Part shown: piece by piece, positions 11,400 through 22,763 of the stretch
Numbering within the stretch: the first letter of the stretch is position 1
How the letters are laid out: each line of letters starts with the position of its first letter
DNA from: Azolla caroliniana
Taxonomy: Eukaryota; Plantae; Polypodiophyta
NCBI GenBank assembly: GCA_043228905.1
Contig: JBHGNT010000004.1
Coordinates: 5,084,001-5,148,000, forward strand
Length of the DNA stretch: 64,000 nucleotides
Reading direction: 5' to 3'
Position numbers and translations under genes: made by a program
The notes under the pieces: model-generated
The model's input: the letters and a program-made list of their open reading frames with translations, nothing else
Database searches by the model: none
Told to the model about the DNA's origin: nothing

Positions 11400-12650
11400 T
11401 TTTAGTAACACCTTTATTACGAATGGGAAACCTCAAAGTGAGTTGAAAACCCGCAAAGAATAAAGAGAAATATACAAGTGTTGATTAGACACTAAAGAGC
11501 TTAGAAGCACTCGAAGTAAAGAGTGTATATATGCAAAGTTGGAGTTGATCAAACAAGGATTCTTGAGGAGTTGCTAAAGAAGCTAATTTCATGTAGTTGG
11601 TTTCAATCAAAGACCTTACTATTGTGGGCCATCTAGATGGTCAAGAGTGCCCAAAATCTTGTCCATTGGTTCAAATAAGCTTTGTTGCATAGAGCGTTCG
11701 GAATCCGTTCAAATAGCCAAAAGTGCTTTCCAAACCTTCGGCCAAGAAATCTGTGAGAGATGCACTTAGTCTTTGTCTAAATGTTATAGTAAAAGAGCAA
11801 GTTCATGATAAGTATGGGATTGTTTTCAATCATCCACCACATCATGCACAATACGGTGAGGTTATCCATTGCTTTTGAAGATTTGACTCAATCGGGAGCA
11901 CACCTAATAGGCATCTCCATAGGAATACTTGTGTTGCTTAAGTGGAAGACTAAAGCTCCATAAGCCTGTAGCCTTTGATACGATTATATAATAACTTATT
12001 CATGATAATGCTTTGATGATAAGTGTGGGATTGTTTTCAATCATCCATCACATCATGCACAATACGGTGAGGTTATCCATTGCTTTTGAAGATTTGACTC
12101 AATCGGGAGCACACCTAATAGGCATCTCCATAGGAATACTTGTGTTGCTTAAGTGGAAGACCAGAGCTCCATAAGCCTGTAGCCTTTGATATGATTATAT
12201 AATAACTTATTCATAATAATGCTTTAATGATAAGTGTGGGATTGTTTTCAATCATCCACCACATCATGCACAATACGGTGAGGTTATCCATTGCTTTTGA
12301 AGATTTGACTCAATCGGGAGCACACCTAATAGGCATCTCCATAGGAATACCTGTGTTGCTTAAGTGGAAGACCAGAGCTCCATAAGCCTATAGCCTTTGA
12401 TATGATTATATAATAACTTATTCATGATAATGCTTTAAAAATACAAAACGATTTTTGGTGTTTTCTGCCATCATTGTTAGCTTTGTCCAAATGATAAATA
12501 ACATGAACACATGTATGCTTTTAGAGCCCCTAAAATTGCAACACCAAGGGCATTCCTTGCATGCAAGGTTGTTAAATCTGCACACCAATAGAGCAAAGTA
12601 GATAGGATAAATCACATGTTATCATCTACTGAATGCAAATGAGAAGCAGT
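11400..12650 (-). mobile_element. Degenerate LINE (zf-RVT-like) remnant containing a tandem triplication
   Basis: Minus strand has Cys/Trp-rich broken segments typical of the LINE ORF2 C-terminus (e.g. CKECPW in the 12418-12615 ORF). Boundaries approximate. Confidence 0.35.
11805..12436. repeat. Tandem repeat, 3 x 211 bp
   Basis: TGTTTTCAATCATCC recurs at 11821, 12032 and 12243. Units differ at only a few positions. Confidence 0.95.
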
Positions 12651-13540
12651 GGAAAGGGATTCTTGGTGTGTAGCCATTGTGAGTATGCATATACAAGACG
12701 TTGAAATTATAACCCCCATGCTATACACAGATTGACTAGTCAATAACTATTTCTATGGGCACTATGGCTTGGAGTTGGATGAAACATGTTTTTGAAATAT
12801 TTAGAATCAAGAGCAATTCCCACATGAGCAGGAGTGCTCTCGAGATGTTGGGCATATATATGAAAAGTTGTAATTAAAGGGCATATATTTTTAAGTTAGA
12901 CAATTTAAGGCATTTCAAAATTCGTCTCTAAAGATTATGTCTTACTCTTAAATTACTCATTGGAATTAGATTCATGTCAAATACATATTTGGACTGCATA
13001 ATGGGTGCTATCTTCTTGTATACAATGGCCAATGGCCATGAATTAACACTCAAATTTAGTTTATTTTGTGTTCACAAGATTTATATTAGGTACTTCTCCC
13101 CATGATTCTTCACGATATATCAAGTAATCGAAAGAGTTGGGAGAACTTAAATGCCATTTCATGCTCATATATATAGTAATAAATAACATGTCATTGAAAT
13201 ATTTGTATCTACCCTTGAAATGTTATTTGCAATTTGATTCATCGTCAATAATATATTTGTCTTTATCGTCTACTATGCTCAAAGACTATGAAAAACTAAA
13301 ATGCCATTGCGTGTTCACACATGGAGTAATAAATAACATATTAAAATAATTGTCCAGACTCCTCAAATATGATTAACAATAAGGGTAGTTAAAGTTCTAA
13401 AAGCTTGCCACATGGGAGTCCCACACCTATTCATTTAAGTGGAAAAAAGGTTCAGTTGATTGGATAGCATAATGCCAATGAACTGGACTAAGAATCTTGG
13501 AATGATTCTCCAACCAACACTCTTGGTCTGTAGCTTCTAT

Positions 13541-13795
13541 CAAACTATCTCAAATTTAAAAGCTTTTTACTAGCCCTAGTTCTAACATAACTCAAGTCTT
13601 TCAAAGCTTTAATATGTTTACATTTTGTTAGTTGGAGTTGCCTTGAGGTATCGTTCCACTCCAAGAACAAACTATCTCAAATTTAAAAGCTTTTTACTAG
13701 CCCTAGTTCTAACATAACTCAAGTCTTTCAAAGCTTTAATATGTTTACATTTTGTTAGTTGGAGTTGCCTTGAGGTATCGTTCCACTCCAAGAAC
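13541..13795. repeat. Tandem duplication, 2 x 127 bp
   Basis: CAAACTATCTCAAATTTAAAAGC...CACTCCAAGAAC starts at 13541 and 13668 and appears identical. Confidence 0.95.
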
Positions 13796-14452
13796 TTCGT
13801 TTTACAAACTCTCCTTTATAAACACCAAATGTTTTTTAAGTAATGCTAGGGTTTTTCATTTCCCAATATAATTTATATGTTGGAATATCAAAAATAGATT
13901 GATCTATGTTTATATGTATATGTTCAATTAATAACTTGTCAAGATGAGAGGTACTCATTTATTAATTTGTGTACTTAATGCTCCATTATTCAAACTTTAG
14001 CAATGAAGGGCATCATATTCCAATTGCAAATAGAGATTTGGACTCATTTGGACCAAAACCTAGCAACTCTCTAGCCCCCTTCGAGAACCATTTTAAGCAT
14101 GCTTAAGGTCAACAAGAATTTACGATGAAATGATGGGTAAGAACAAACCCACGAGTTGTTGTGATTAGTGGATTAAATAATCCGTCACCAAGCGTTGGCA
14201 TTTTTTTCATCATATCGAAATATAGTGGAAATGTAAATACACCATATAGAAAGTGGGGGTGGTGTGAACTCTTAGCCTAACCAAGTAATGAAAAAGAGTG
14301 TTAGAGAAAAGGGACAAACACAAAGCAATGGAAGACTTTAGTGTTAATTAACAAGAATTGATTAGGAACAACCCATATGACGTATACATACATTACATGT
14401 TATATGTATGTAAATATACACACAGATTATTATATATAATGTTGTGTCCTTT

Positions 14453-16990
14453 TTTGTTTTCTTTAAATGGTTCGGTTCGGTTCGGTTCGGTTGCGAGGCA
14501 AAGAAACCGAACCGAACAGAACCGAACCGGAGCAATAAGACAAAGAATGGATAGACTCTGAACATTAGGGTTTTCTTGTTTGTCACGGAGCAATGTTTAC
14601 AGAGAGAGCTCAGAGAGAGAGAAGTAAGATGATCAGAGGAATTCGATGAGATGGTGGTATACGGAGGATGTGAGCTGCGAGATGGAGCAGGTGCCACGGG
14701 CGCCCTTGAAATGGCCGGTCCCGCCCACCACAGCGAGCGTGGATGGCGCGTTCAGCACTATCCCTTGAATGCTCAGCGTCCCATTCACCCCTGTCTCAGG
14801 ATTAGTGTACTGGAGGACCTCCACCTCCACCAGGAAGCTCTGCCCGCTCACATACCCTGATTGCAGCGTGTAGCCCCTCATCACACCCACCGCGGTCGAG
14901 GTCTCCATGTCTTCCCCGTCCGTCGCGTTGAATGCGAACAGCTGCATCGTCCCGAAGGACGCCGATTTGCTGGAATTCACGGGAGGCAGGAGACCGGCCA
15001 GATTCGCAGCCCCGGGCTGCACGTGGACATAATACTGGAGTGTCGTGCCGCCCAATCCCGAGCTAGATGTCGGTGATGAAGTCGTGCCGGCCGAGTTGCT
15101 AGTGCTGCTACTACTAGTGGTGCCTGATTGCTGCTGCAGGTTCAAGGGGCCGAATGGTGTGGGGACGAATGTGAGGGCGGCCACGAGCATGAGGAGGAGC
15201 AGGAGCACGACGGCCACGGCCGTAAGGAGTGCCTGGACAATCATGGCGTTCCACCTCGTGCCGCTCTGGAATATTGTGGACTGCCTCGATAGCGTGGGCA
15301 GTCTAGAGTTGGAATTGGGTGTCGGCATGGGGTGAGGCGGGGAACGGGGATCTGGAGTTTCTCAGGGGGTCAGAATGGGAAATTCTGCCTACTACTCTTT
15401 TGGGGGAAGTTTGAATGTGATGGAGAGAATTAGGGCAGTATTGAATTGAGTGAATTCGACGGACCTGAAGAAAAGAAATTGCGCTCGATATATATATATA
15501 GCCGGGTGAATACCAGGAGAAATTACGAGAAATTTCACGCGAAGCTCGACAAATTTTGGTGAATGTTGAGGATTGAGGAATTGAACCAGACCAAAGAAGA
15601 GATAGATAGAGATGCTGAGTTTGAGTGGCTTCAAGAGTGTTTGGTGTTTAAAAAGGTTGAGTTTGAGTGGCTTCAAGATTGTTTGGTGTTTAAAAAGGGG
15701 GCTACGCTATCCACTATGTAAAAAGAATGAGTCCAATCCACATGATAAAAGACTGCTACAGTCCAATACTACTTTTGTCTCTCTCTCTCTTGCCTCATGT
15801 GCACCCCATGACAAACATACTCTCATCACCACATCCCAATCCTTTGGCCCTTCTCCTAAAGAAGCATTTCACATACCAATTCTTTTGCCCTTCAAACCAT
15901 AGCACAAACCAACATGGCTTCCATGTGAATCACGTGCTCCCTACTTCCTTCCCCTCCTCCATGCTAATCTATCTATTTGAAAATGGAGAGCCATCTTTCA
16001 AATCCTTCCATACCATCGTCATCAAGCTACATAGTCTAACTATCTATCTGTCCCTGTGGAATGATTTGATTGACAACAAACTCTAGAGAATAATACAGTT
16101 GGCTATCATGTAGCTCTAATATTGTTAAGATATGAGTTTTGCTTGTGGTGTAATGAGTGCAATGCTATCATGGTACCTATTCCATCGTAGTTCGGGTTTT
16201 GGTTTATTTTGTCCCGTTCTGCATAAACTTTTTAATTGACTTTCATATGGCTACAGAGTTTTACCTATCAATTGGCGAACATTATTATTGTTTGCAATGT
16301 TGTGCTTATTTCCTGAAATGACTTCAGGACAATGTTCTCTAGACTAAATTTGTCATATTATGATGGCAATGTTCATCAATCGACCCATACATTGACATCT
16401 CACATGCCGCTCATTCTCACCCATTTAACTTATGTATGGTCCCCTTTTACTACCCTTAGTCTAAATATTCTTAGTTATCAATGATCATATACATATACAT
16501 CATATACATACATGCATACATGCACGTGCGCGAACACACACACACACACACACATAAATATATGTTATACACATAAATAAACGTTCATATGTCAAAACCC
16601 CTATATATGAGGACAATCACATGGCCTGAGCAATTGAAAACCCTAACCCAAACTCTTCCTAGCACGATCAACTCACCTAGTTCCAAGAATGAAGTAGAGT
16701 GAGTTTGGGTTGGGTGATTCTATATCGCCGTATTCATAGTCTTGATTCAACACATTTTCTCCATGACATTTCCATACGTCCCTACTCAAAGGAACCAGTC
16801 CATACATTTGATAAACTTTGATTTGCATTAGTCACTAATCATGTGTGCGCGCATCACTGCGTAGTCATATTTGTCCCTTGTTAACTTGTCCATTGCTGGT
16901 CACATATGCCTTTCATACATATTTTTTATAATTGCTTTCAACTTGGAATGGCATTATTAGAAAACCCATTATTTGAAAAAAATAACAACC
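14453..16990. repeat. Segmental duplication copy 1 (dirigent gene plus flanks); partner ~56010-58801
   Basis: Colinear from TTGTTTTCTTTAAATGG to TTTGAAAAAATAACAAC in both copies. Confidence 0.9.
14633..15328 (-). CDS. Dirigent-like protein, copy 1 (231 aa, intronless, N-terminal hydrophobic anchor, Ser/Thr stalk)
   Basis: Dirigent-fold motif order TLQYYVH ... SFGTMQLF ... AVGVMRG ... NGTLSIQG ... LAVVGGTGHFKGARG. The frame is conserved in the second copy. Confidence 0.82.
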   Translation of the reverse strand: MPTPNSNSRLPTLSRQSTIFQSGTRWNAMIVQALLTAVAVVLLLLLMLVAALTFVPTPFGPLNLQQQSGTTSSSSTSNSAGTTSSPTSSSGLGGTTLQYYVHVQPGAANLAGLLPPVNSSKSASFGTMQLFAFNATDGEDMETSTAVGVMRGYTLQSGYVSGQSFLVEVEVLQYTNPETGVNGTLSIQGIVLNAPSTLAVVGGTGHFKGARGTCSISQLTSSVYHHLIEFL

Positions 16991-18204
16991 CATTTTTTGT
17001 AAGGTAATTATAATAAACAAAAAATAGAAATGTAATGCAATAGCCCTCTCTGTCTTGCATTTTCTCTATCTCATGTTTAGGCGACACATTTTGAGATGTA
17101 ATCTCTTGTTTGGTATTATGATCAATTATGGCCTCTTAACAAATGTTAATGTATTCCCCTCCTCTTTCTCTTGTGAAAGCACACAATTATATTAATATAT
17201 TTTTATGAAAAACACTAGAATGGTACAACTTAGTGTTGTCACCATAGATTGACACATACATGATATTCATGATATTCGCAATATTCAAGAATAAGAGATG
17301 GCCTCAAGAATATTATAAAACCATTTGTTTTTCAAAATTAATTTACATAATAAAAATGATTTAATTCACTAAATTAACTAACAGTCCTCGAATCACATTT
17401 GGTGGGAGAGTTGCATCTTGGATATGGAGAACCTCAACATGGTTCCCATTCCATGTCTCGGGGACCAAGGAACCTCACTACGGTGACTGGATCTACACAT
17501 TTCATAGTAACAAACATGTCCATTGCTTTAGAGTAACACAATCAATTCCCGACACTTAGAAACTAACCTCGTTTATTGGGATGAACATTGAGTTGCATTG
17601 TCAAGAATGTGAGCTCGATAATAGTACAAACAAGAGAAAGGTAACTTTTTGTAGAAAGGAGCCCTACATAGTTGTCTGGCTGCTACCCTTTCTCAATCAC
17701 ATTGAGATCTGGCACGCGCCATAACCCCAAACTAAAGAAAAAGAGAAGGTGTTCAATTTTGCAAGGGGAGATAAAGAGCAATATTGATATCATGATATCA
17801 ACAATACTATAAATAAAAGACATTCCTTTATAGAATTCATTTTTAGTGTGCATACATAGACGGACCAATTCACAACTTCCTAAAAAATGTAATAATGGAA
17901 TGCCATGACACACTTCGTCATAATTACTCCCAGCACAACTCACTAGTCTTACACCTTGAGTAAAGATACAATCAATCACATGATATACATTATAGGGAAA
18001 TTCTCCACGGTATTTTCTAGGACCCCTCTTTAAAAGGTTGTAGAGACAAATTGTTGTGGCGATGAATTAATCTAAATGGATCACACCAACAAGGCTACTT
18101 TGCCACTTGCAATACCTAGCCACATATCTAAATCGTATAGAAAGGAATCATCTTTCGAATCGTTTGGAATTTCTATTTAATTAATTCACTAAATATTAAT
18201 TAAT

Positions 18205-18701
18205 TAGGGTTTTAACAAAACCATGTGTTTCTAGGCTGAATTAACAGGATGTAGGCATTGCATAAAGGATATAGGGGGAGGTGAGGATGAATGCGAAGAA
18301 GAGGAAATATGGTCGAAATTAGGGTTTCAACAAAATCCTGAGTTTGCAAGCCGAGAACAAGATGTAGGTGTCGGGCAGAGGATGTAGGGGGAGACAAGGG
18401 TGCAAGCCAAGAAGAGGAAGTATGGTCGAAATTAGGGTTTTATCAAAACCTTGAGTTTGTAGGGTGAGAACAAGATGAAGGTGTTGTTGGGTAGAGGATG
18501 TAGGGGGAGGTGAGGATGTAGGTTGAGAAGATGAAATATGGTTGAAGTTAGACTTTCTACAAAACCCTGGGATTGCAGGCCGAGAATAGGATGTAGGTGT
18601 TGGGTAAAGGATGTAGGGGGAGGCGAGGATGCAGACCGAGAACAAGATGTAGGCGTCGGGTAGAAAATGTAGGGGGAGGCAAGGCTGCAGGCCGAGAATA
18701 G
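18205..18701. repeat. Degenerate satellite-like array (GCCGAGAA..AGATGTAGG..GTAGAGGATGTAGGGGGAGG, with AATTAGGGTTT), left part; continues at 55083
   Basis: Motifs recur with ~55 and ~115 bp spacing. The array is cut by Copia A at TSD AATAG. Confidence 0.8.
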
Positions 18702-18962
18702 TGATGAAGTGGATACTATGGAAGCGTGATTTAGGGCCTATCAATTAGTCTAGCTAACAACGTAAAGGAAGATCTGCAGGTTTACACACACACACACACA
18801 CACACATAGAGAATGCTCAAAGTACGACTATGCTACATTAACCCTCAAACTCAAGAAGTATATATTACAATGTTAGAGTGAGCTTATATACTCAAGCCCT
18901 AGCTCAAGGATGTGTTCACACTTAGGATACAAGGTAGAAGGAGTTGGCCTTTTATGCCAACA
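18702..18962 (-). repeat. 3' LTR of Copia A
   Basis: TG...CA ends, (CA)n inside, PPT adjacent. Confidence 0.9.
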
Positions 18963-19041
18963 AACTCCCCCATAAAAGGACTACTCTTTTTATATACAAT
19001 GATATAGGGTTGTCTCCCTCGTAAGCCTAACAACTCGAGCT

Positions 19042-19367
19042 CTAGTTCTTCTGCCGCCACGACGCCAAGTAAGAGCCAAAGGTGGTCATTTTGACTACTG
19101 GTGCGAACATATTGGCGTATTCAACCCCATGTTCTTGTTTGAATCCCTTTGCGACGGGCCACACTTTGTATTTGGGCTTCTCCGAATTGGATACATATTT
19201 GTATCTGAAAACCGATTTCCAGGGCAATGACTTCTTTCCGGCTGGTAATTCAACCAACTCCCATGTTAGATTCTGTTGAATCGAGTCCATCTCGGATTCC
19301 ATGGCTTGTAGCCATGTGTTGGTGTCCGACACGGCTATGGCTTCCTCGTAGGAGCTTAGTTCGCCTA
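19042..19367 (-). pseudogene. Copia A RT N-terminal fragment
   Basis: SSYEEA..DTNTWLQAMESEMDSI..NLTWELVELPAGKK..YK....VAKGFKQEHGVEY...FAPVVKMTT, then truncation close to the PPT. Confidence 0.85.
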
Positions 19368-19842
19368 TGTTAAGAGTCTATTACTAATCAATAGACCAAA
19401 TCAAGTAAAAAGGAAGAAAATAGATTGGATAGAAGAACCCGTTCCACCCGACCACCCCCGAGCTATGATCTAGACATAGCCAACCTACCACCGACGTCCC
19501 ATACCGCCGGATATTAGGATGACTAATACCTTGGAAGAGATAAACACGATCGTCGAGACGAAAGCCTAGCCCGCACCACCGGTGTCTACGACAGCAGCCT
19601 TCCGACGTGATCCCTATGAGGGTAGCTAAGCCTCATATTTATACCTTTTCCTAGGCCCCTTGAATAGATGTGCCTTTCTAAAAGGCTCTCTATTCATTGG
19701 TTGTCTAAATCATGATAGTGCATGCACATATCATTCATTCTATCCAATCATTAGTCCCCTTTTAATAATAGTGAACATACCCTTCACTAATGTAAATATT
19801 AGTGACCTACCCTCACCAACGTTATGTGTGCACTCCCCTACA
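19368..19842 (-). repeat. 3' LTR of B
   Basis: Nearly identical to 42356-42825 except at the PPT-proximal end. Confidence 0.92.
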
Positions 19843-19849
19843 TACTCCC

Positions 19850-22340
19850 CTACTTCAAAAGATTGCACTCTTGCAATATAAAGTGAGGAAATTGTGCCTT
19901 AAGCGAATGCTCGCGTTCCCATGTGGCATCATCAATAGGTTTATCCATCCATTTGATCTTGAATAGCCGAATCTCTTTAGAACGTAAACGTTTAGTACGA
20001 GAATCAAGAATTCGTTCAGGAACATGAGGTTTGTAAGAAAAATCCTCTAATGTTACAAGATCTTGGATTGTGATGGTGTTATCACCAGAGCCTAAAAATG
20101 GTTTTAGACGACTGACGTGAAAAACAGGATGAATACCAACGTTACAAGGTAAGGCAAGGTGATAAGCAGATGACCCAACTCGCTTAAGGATTTCAAATGG
20201 GCCACAATATCGTGGGGCTAACTTAGCGCACTTGCCCGTAGATAATGACGTAGAATCAGTCGGGACACGCAAAAAAACTTTTTGACCACTAGTAAATGCA
20301 CGAGGACGTCTATCCTGATCAGCATAAAATCGAGCACGATCTTGAGCTGTCTTGACATTTTCTTTGGCAATATGCAACATTTGGTTCATGTCTTGCAAAA
20401 AATTGCGTGTACTGTCTAATGTATCACGATGAATCGTGACATCAACTGGGGCACGTGGCTGAAAACCATACATCAACATAAAAGGACTATATCCAGTGGA
20501 TGTATGTTTAGAGCTATTATAGGCAAATTCTAAGATAGGAAGGTATTGCTCCCACTTAGAAGGGGTTTTTGCTACATAAGCTCGAAGCATGTCCTCAATA
20601 ATTTGATTAACTCGTTCAGTTTGTCCATCAGACAGAGGATGATCTGCGGAACTCATGCTCAACGTAGTTTCTAGTTTCTTAAAGACCTGAGTCCAAAAGT
20701 CACTAGTAAACTTGGAATCTCGATCACTAACAATATCCATCGGTAATCCATAAAAACGAAATAACTCATCAACAAATTGATAAGCCAACTGTTGAGCGGT
20801 TACCGTGGTTTTTGTAGGAATAAATCTAGCTAATTTTGTTAGCCTGTCAACGACAACCCATATGGCATCATGACCCCTCTGTGTACGAGGTAAACTAACA
20901 ATAAAATCCATCGAGATACTTTCCCATTTATTGTTGGGAATATCTAAGGGATGTAAAAGACCAGCAGCTTTAAGTCGTTCCGACTTATTAATCTGACATT
21001 GTAAGCATTGAGTTACGTATTTATGCACGTCAGAGCGCATCTTAGGCCAGAAAAAAGTACACGAGATGAGAACGAGTGTGCGTTGTATTCCAGGATGACC
21101 AGCAGATGGTGCATCATGACATTCATGAAAAATTTTCTGTTTAACATTTGGTAAATCTGGAACACAGACCTTTCCACTACGGTAGAGCAAACCGTTTGTA
21201 ATGTGAAAGGTCGCCTTCGAGGGTAGGGTGCTAGTATCGGCATCTAAACCAGATTCGGCTTTCGTCCAGTATTTTGAGAAATAACTGTCATCAAGGTATT
21301 TCCCTCGAAGGTGATCTAAAAGATCAGATTTTATTTCCATGAAGCTAAGCATGTTAACTTCTTTAATGCGACTAAGAGCATCAGCAACGGTGTTCATAGA
21401 ACCCTTGCGATAGCGTATGGAAAAATCAAAATCTTGCATAAGGTCAGCCCAACGGCCTTTACGACCAACAAGATCGGGCTGGTCACAAAAATACTTTAAT
21501 GATTGATGGTCTGTTGTAACCACAAATTTATTTCCATAGAGATAGTGCCTCCATGTTTTAAGTGCGTGTATCACCGCAAACAACTCTTTCTCTTGAACCG
21601 AATACCGAGATTGAGCAGCATCAAGCTTCTTACTTTCAAAAGCAATAGGGTGACCACCTTGATAAAGAACTGCACCAATAGCATAATCACTAGCATCGGT
21701 TTCAATTGAGAAAGGCTTAGAAGGGTCTGGTAATAGAAGAGTGGGAGCCTGACACACATGCTCCTTGAGTGTCTCAAATGATTTGTCAAGTTGTTCATTC
21801 CATGGAATTGGTTTGACAGACTTACGTGGATGACCTTTTAAAAGGTCAGTTAATGGCGTAGTCAATTTGGAATAGTTACGAATTGATTTTCGTAAAAATC
21901 CAACAAACCCTAAGAATGATCTAAGTTCACGAATATGACGAGGAATGGGCCAAAGTTTAACCTTTTCAATACGAGAAGGTTCAATTTCAACGCCATTTTC
22001 TGTAATTAAATGACCTAGGTACACAATAGATTTTTGGAAGAAGTCACATTTTGAATGTTTTGCATAGAAAGAGTTGTCACGCAACTTTCGCAAAACAAAT
22101 CGAACATGTTGAACATGATCTTGCAAGGTACGGCTATATATCAAAATATCATCCAAGAAGACGACAACAAAATCACCGAGTTGATCTCGGAAAACATCAT
22201 TCATCGCTTGTTGGAATGTGGCTGGAGCATTAGTCAACCCAAATGGCATGACTAAAAACTCATAATGGCCATAGTGCGTACGAAAAGCGGTTTTAGGAAT
22301 ATCATCCTCGGCAATGCGAATCTGATGATAACCAGTTCGT
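19850..22340 (-). pseudogene. B pol, C-terminal part (RT, RNase H, integrase, chromodomain); interrupted by C
   Basis: TGYHQIRI..KTAFRTHYGHYEF.VMPFGLTNAPATFQ, VFLDD, ETDASDYAIGAVL, GHPG..CLQCQ, ISMDF..SDRD..DGQTER, KLAPRYCGPF, chromodomain PERILDSR..KIKW....DATWE. Confidence 0.93.
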
Positions 22341-22711
22341 TGTTGGCCGGTCAGAGAAGGCAAATGGGAAAGCAAGGTCGGATCGGATAAATATAGAAAT
22401 AGGAATAGAATTATTAGGAGGGACGGATCCGGTAGTTGTAACCGATCCGGATCCGAACCGATTCGGTTTCGGTTAACGGTTGCCTACCGAGCACCGATTG
22501 TAATCTGGCCGGATGCCTATAAAAGGATCCGATGTTTTGTAATGAAAGCGCGAAGAATTAATATAGTTTTGCTTATGCTGATTAATCTTGTCTTCGTCTG
22601 TGCTTAAGTGTAATTATCATACGCGTGTATTAACATCCTATCCCTACCACCCCTTTGGAGAAGTGTCGGATAGACACCTGTGTTGCGGCTAGTCCAGCCA
22701 TACATACAACA
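22341..22711 (+). repeat. 5' LTR of C
   Basis: TGTTGG...ACAACA; TATAAAA near 22518. Confidence 0.95.
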
Positions 22712-22763
22712 CTATTTTGGCGACCACGATTCCTGCAGAGTGCAGAGGACAACCGGGGGATGG

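Noticed and set aside
11805-12436. CRISPR-like or RNA-gene array
   Set aside because: Whole units repeat with no unique spacers, the context is eukaryotic, and there is no tRNA or rRNA signature.
17130-17250. Weak similarity to ~55575-55685
   Set aside because: Short and AT-rich; probably a small dispersed repeat, boundaries not definable.
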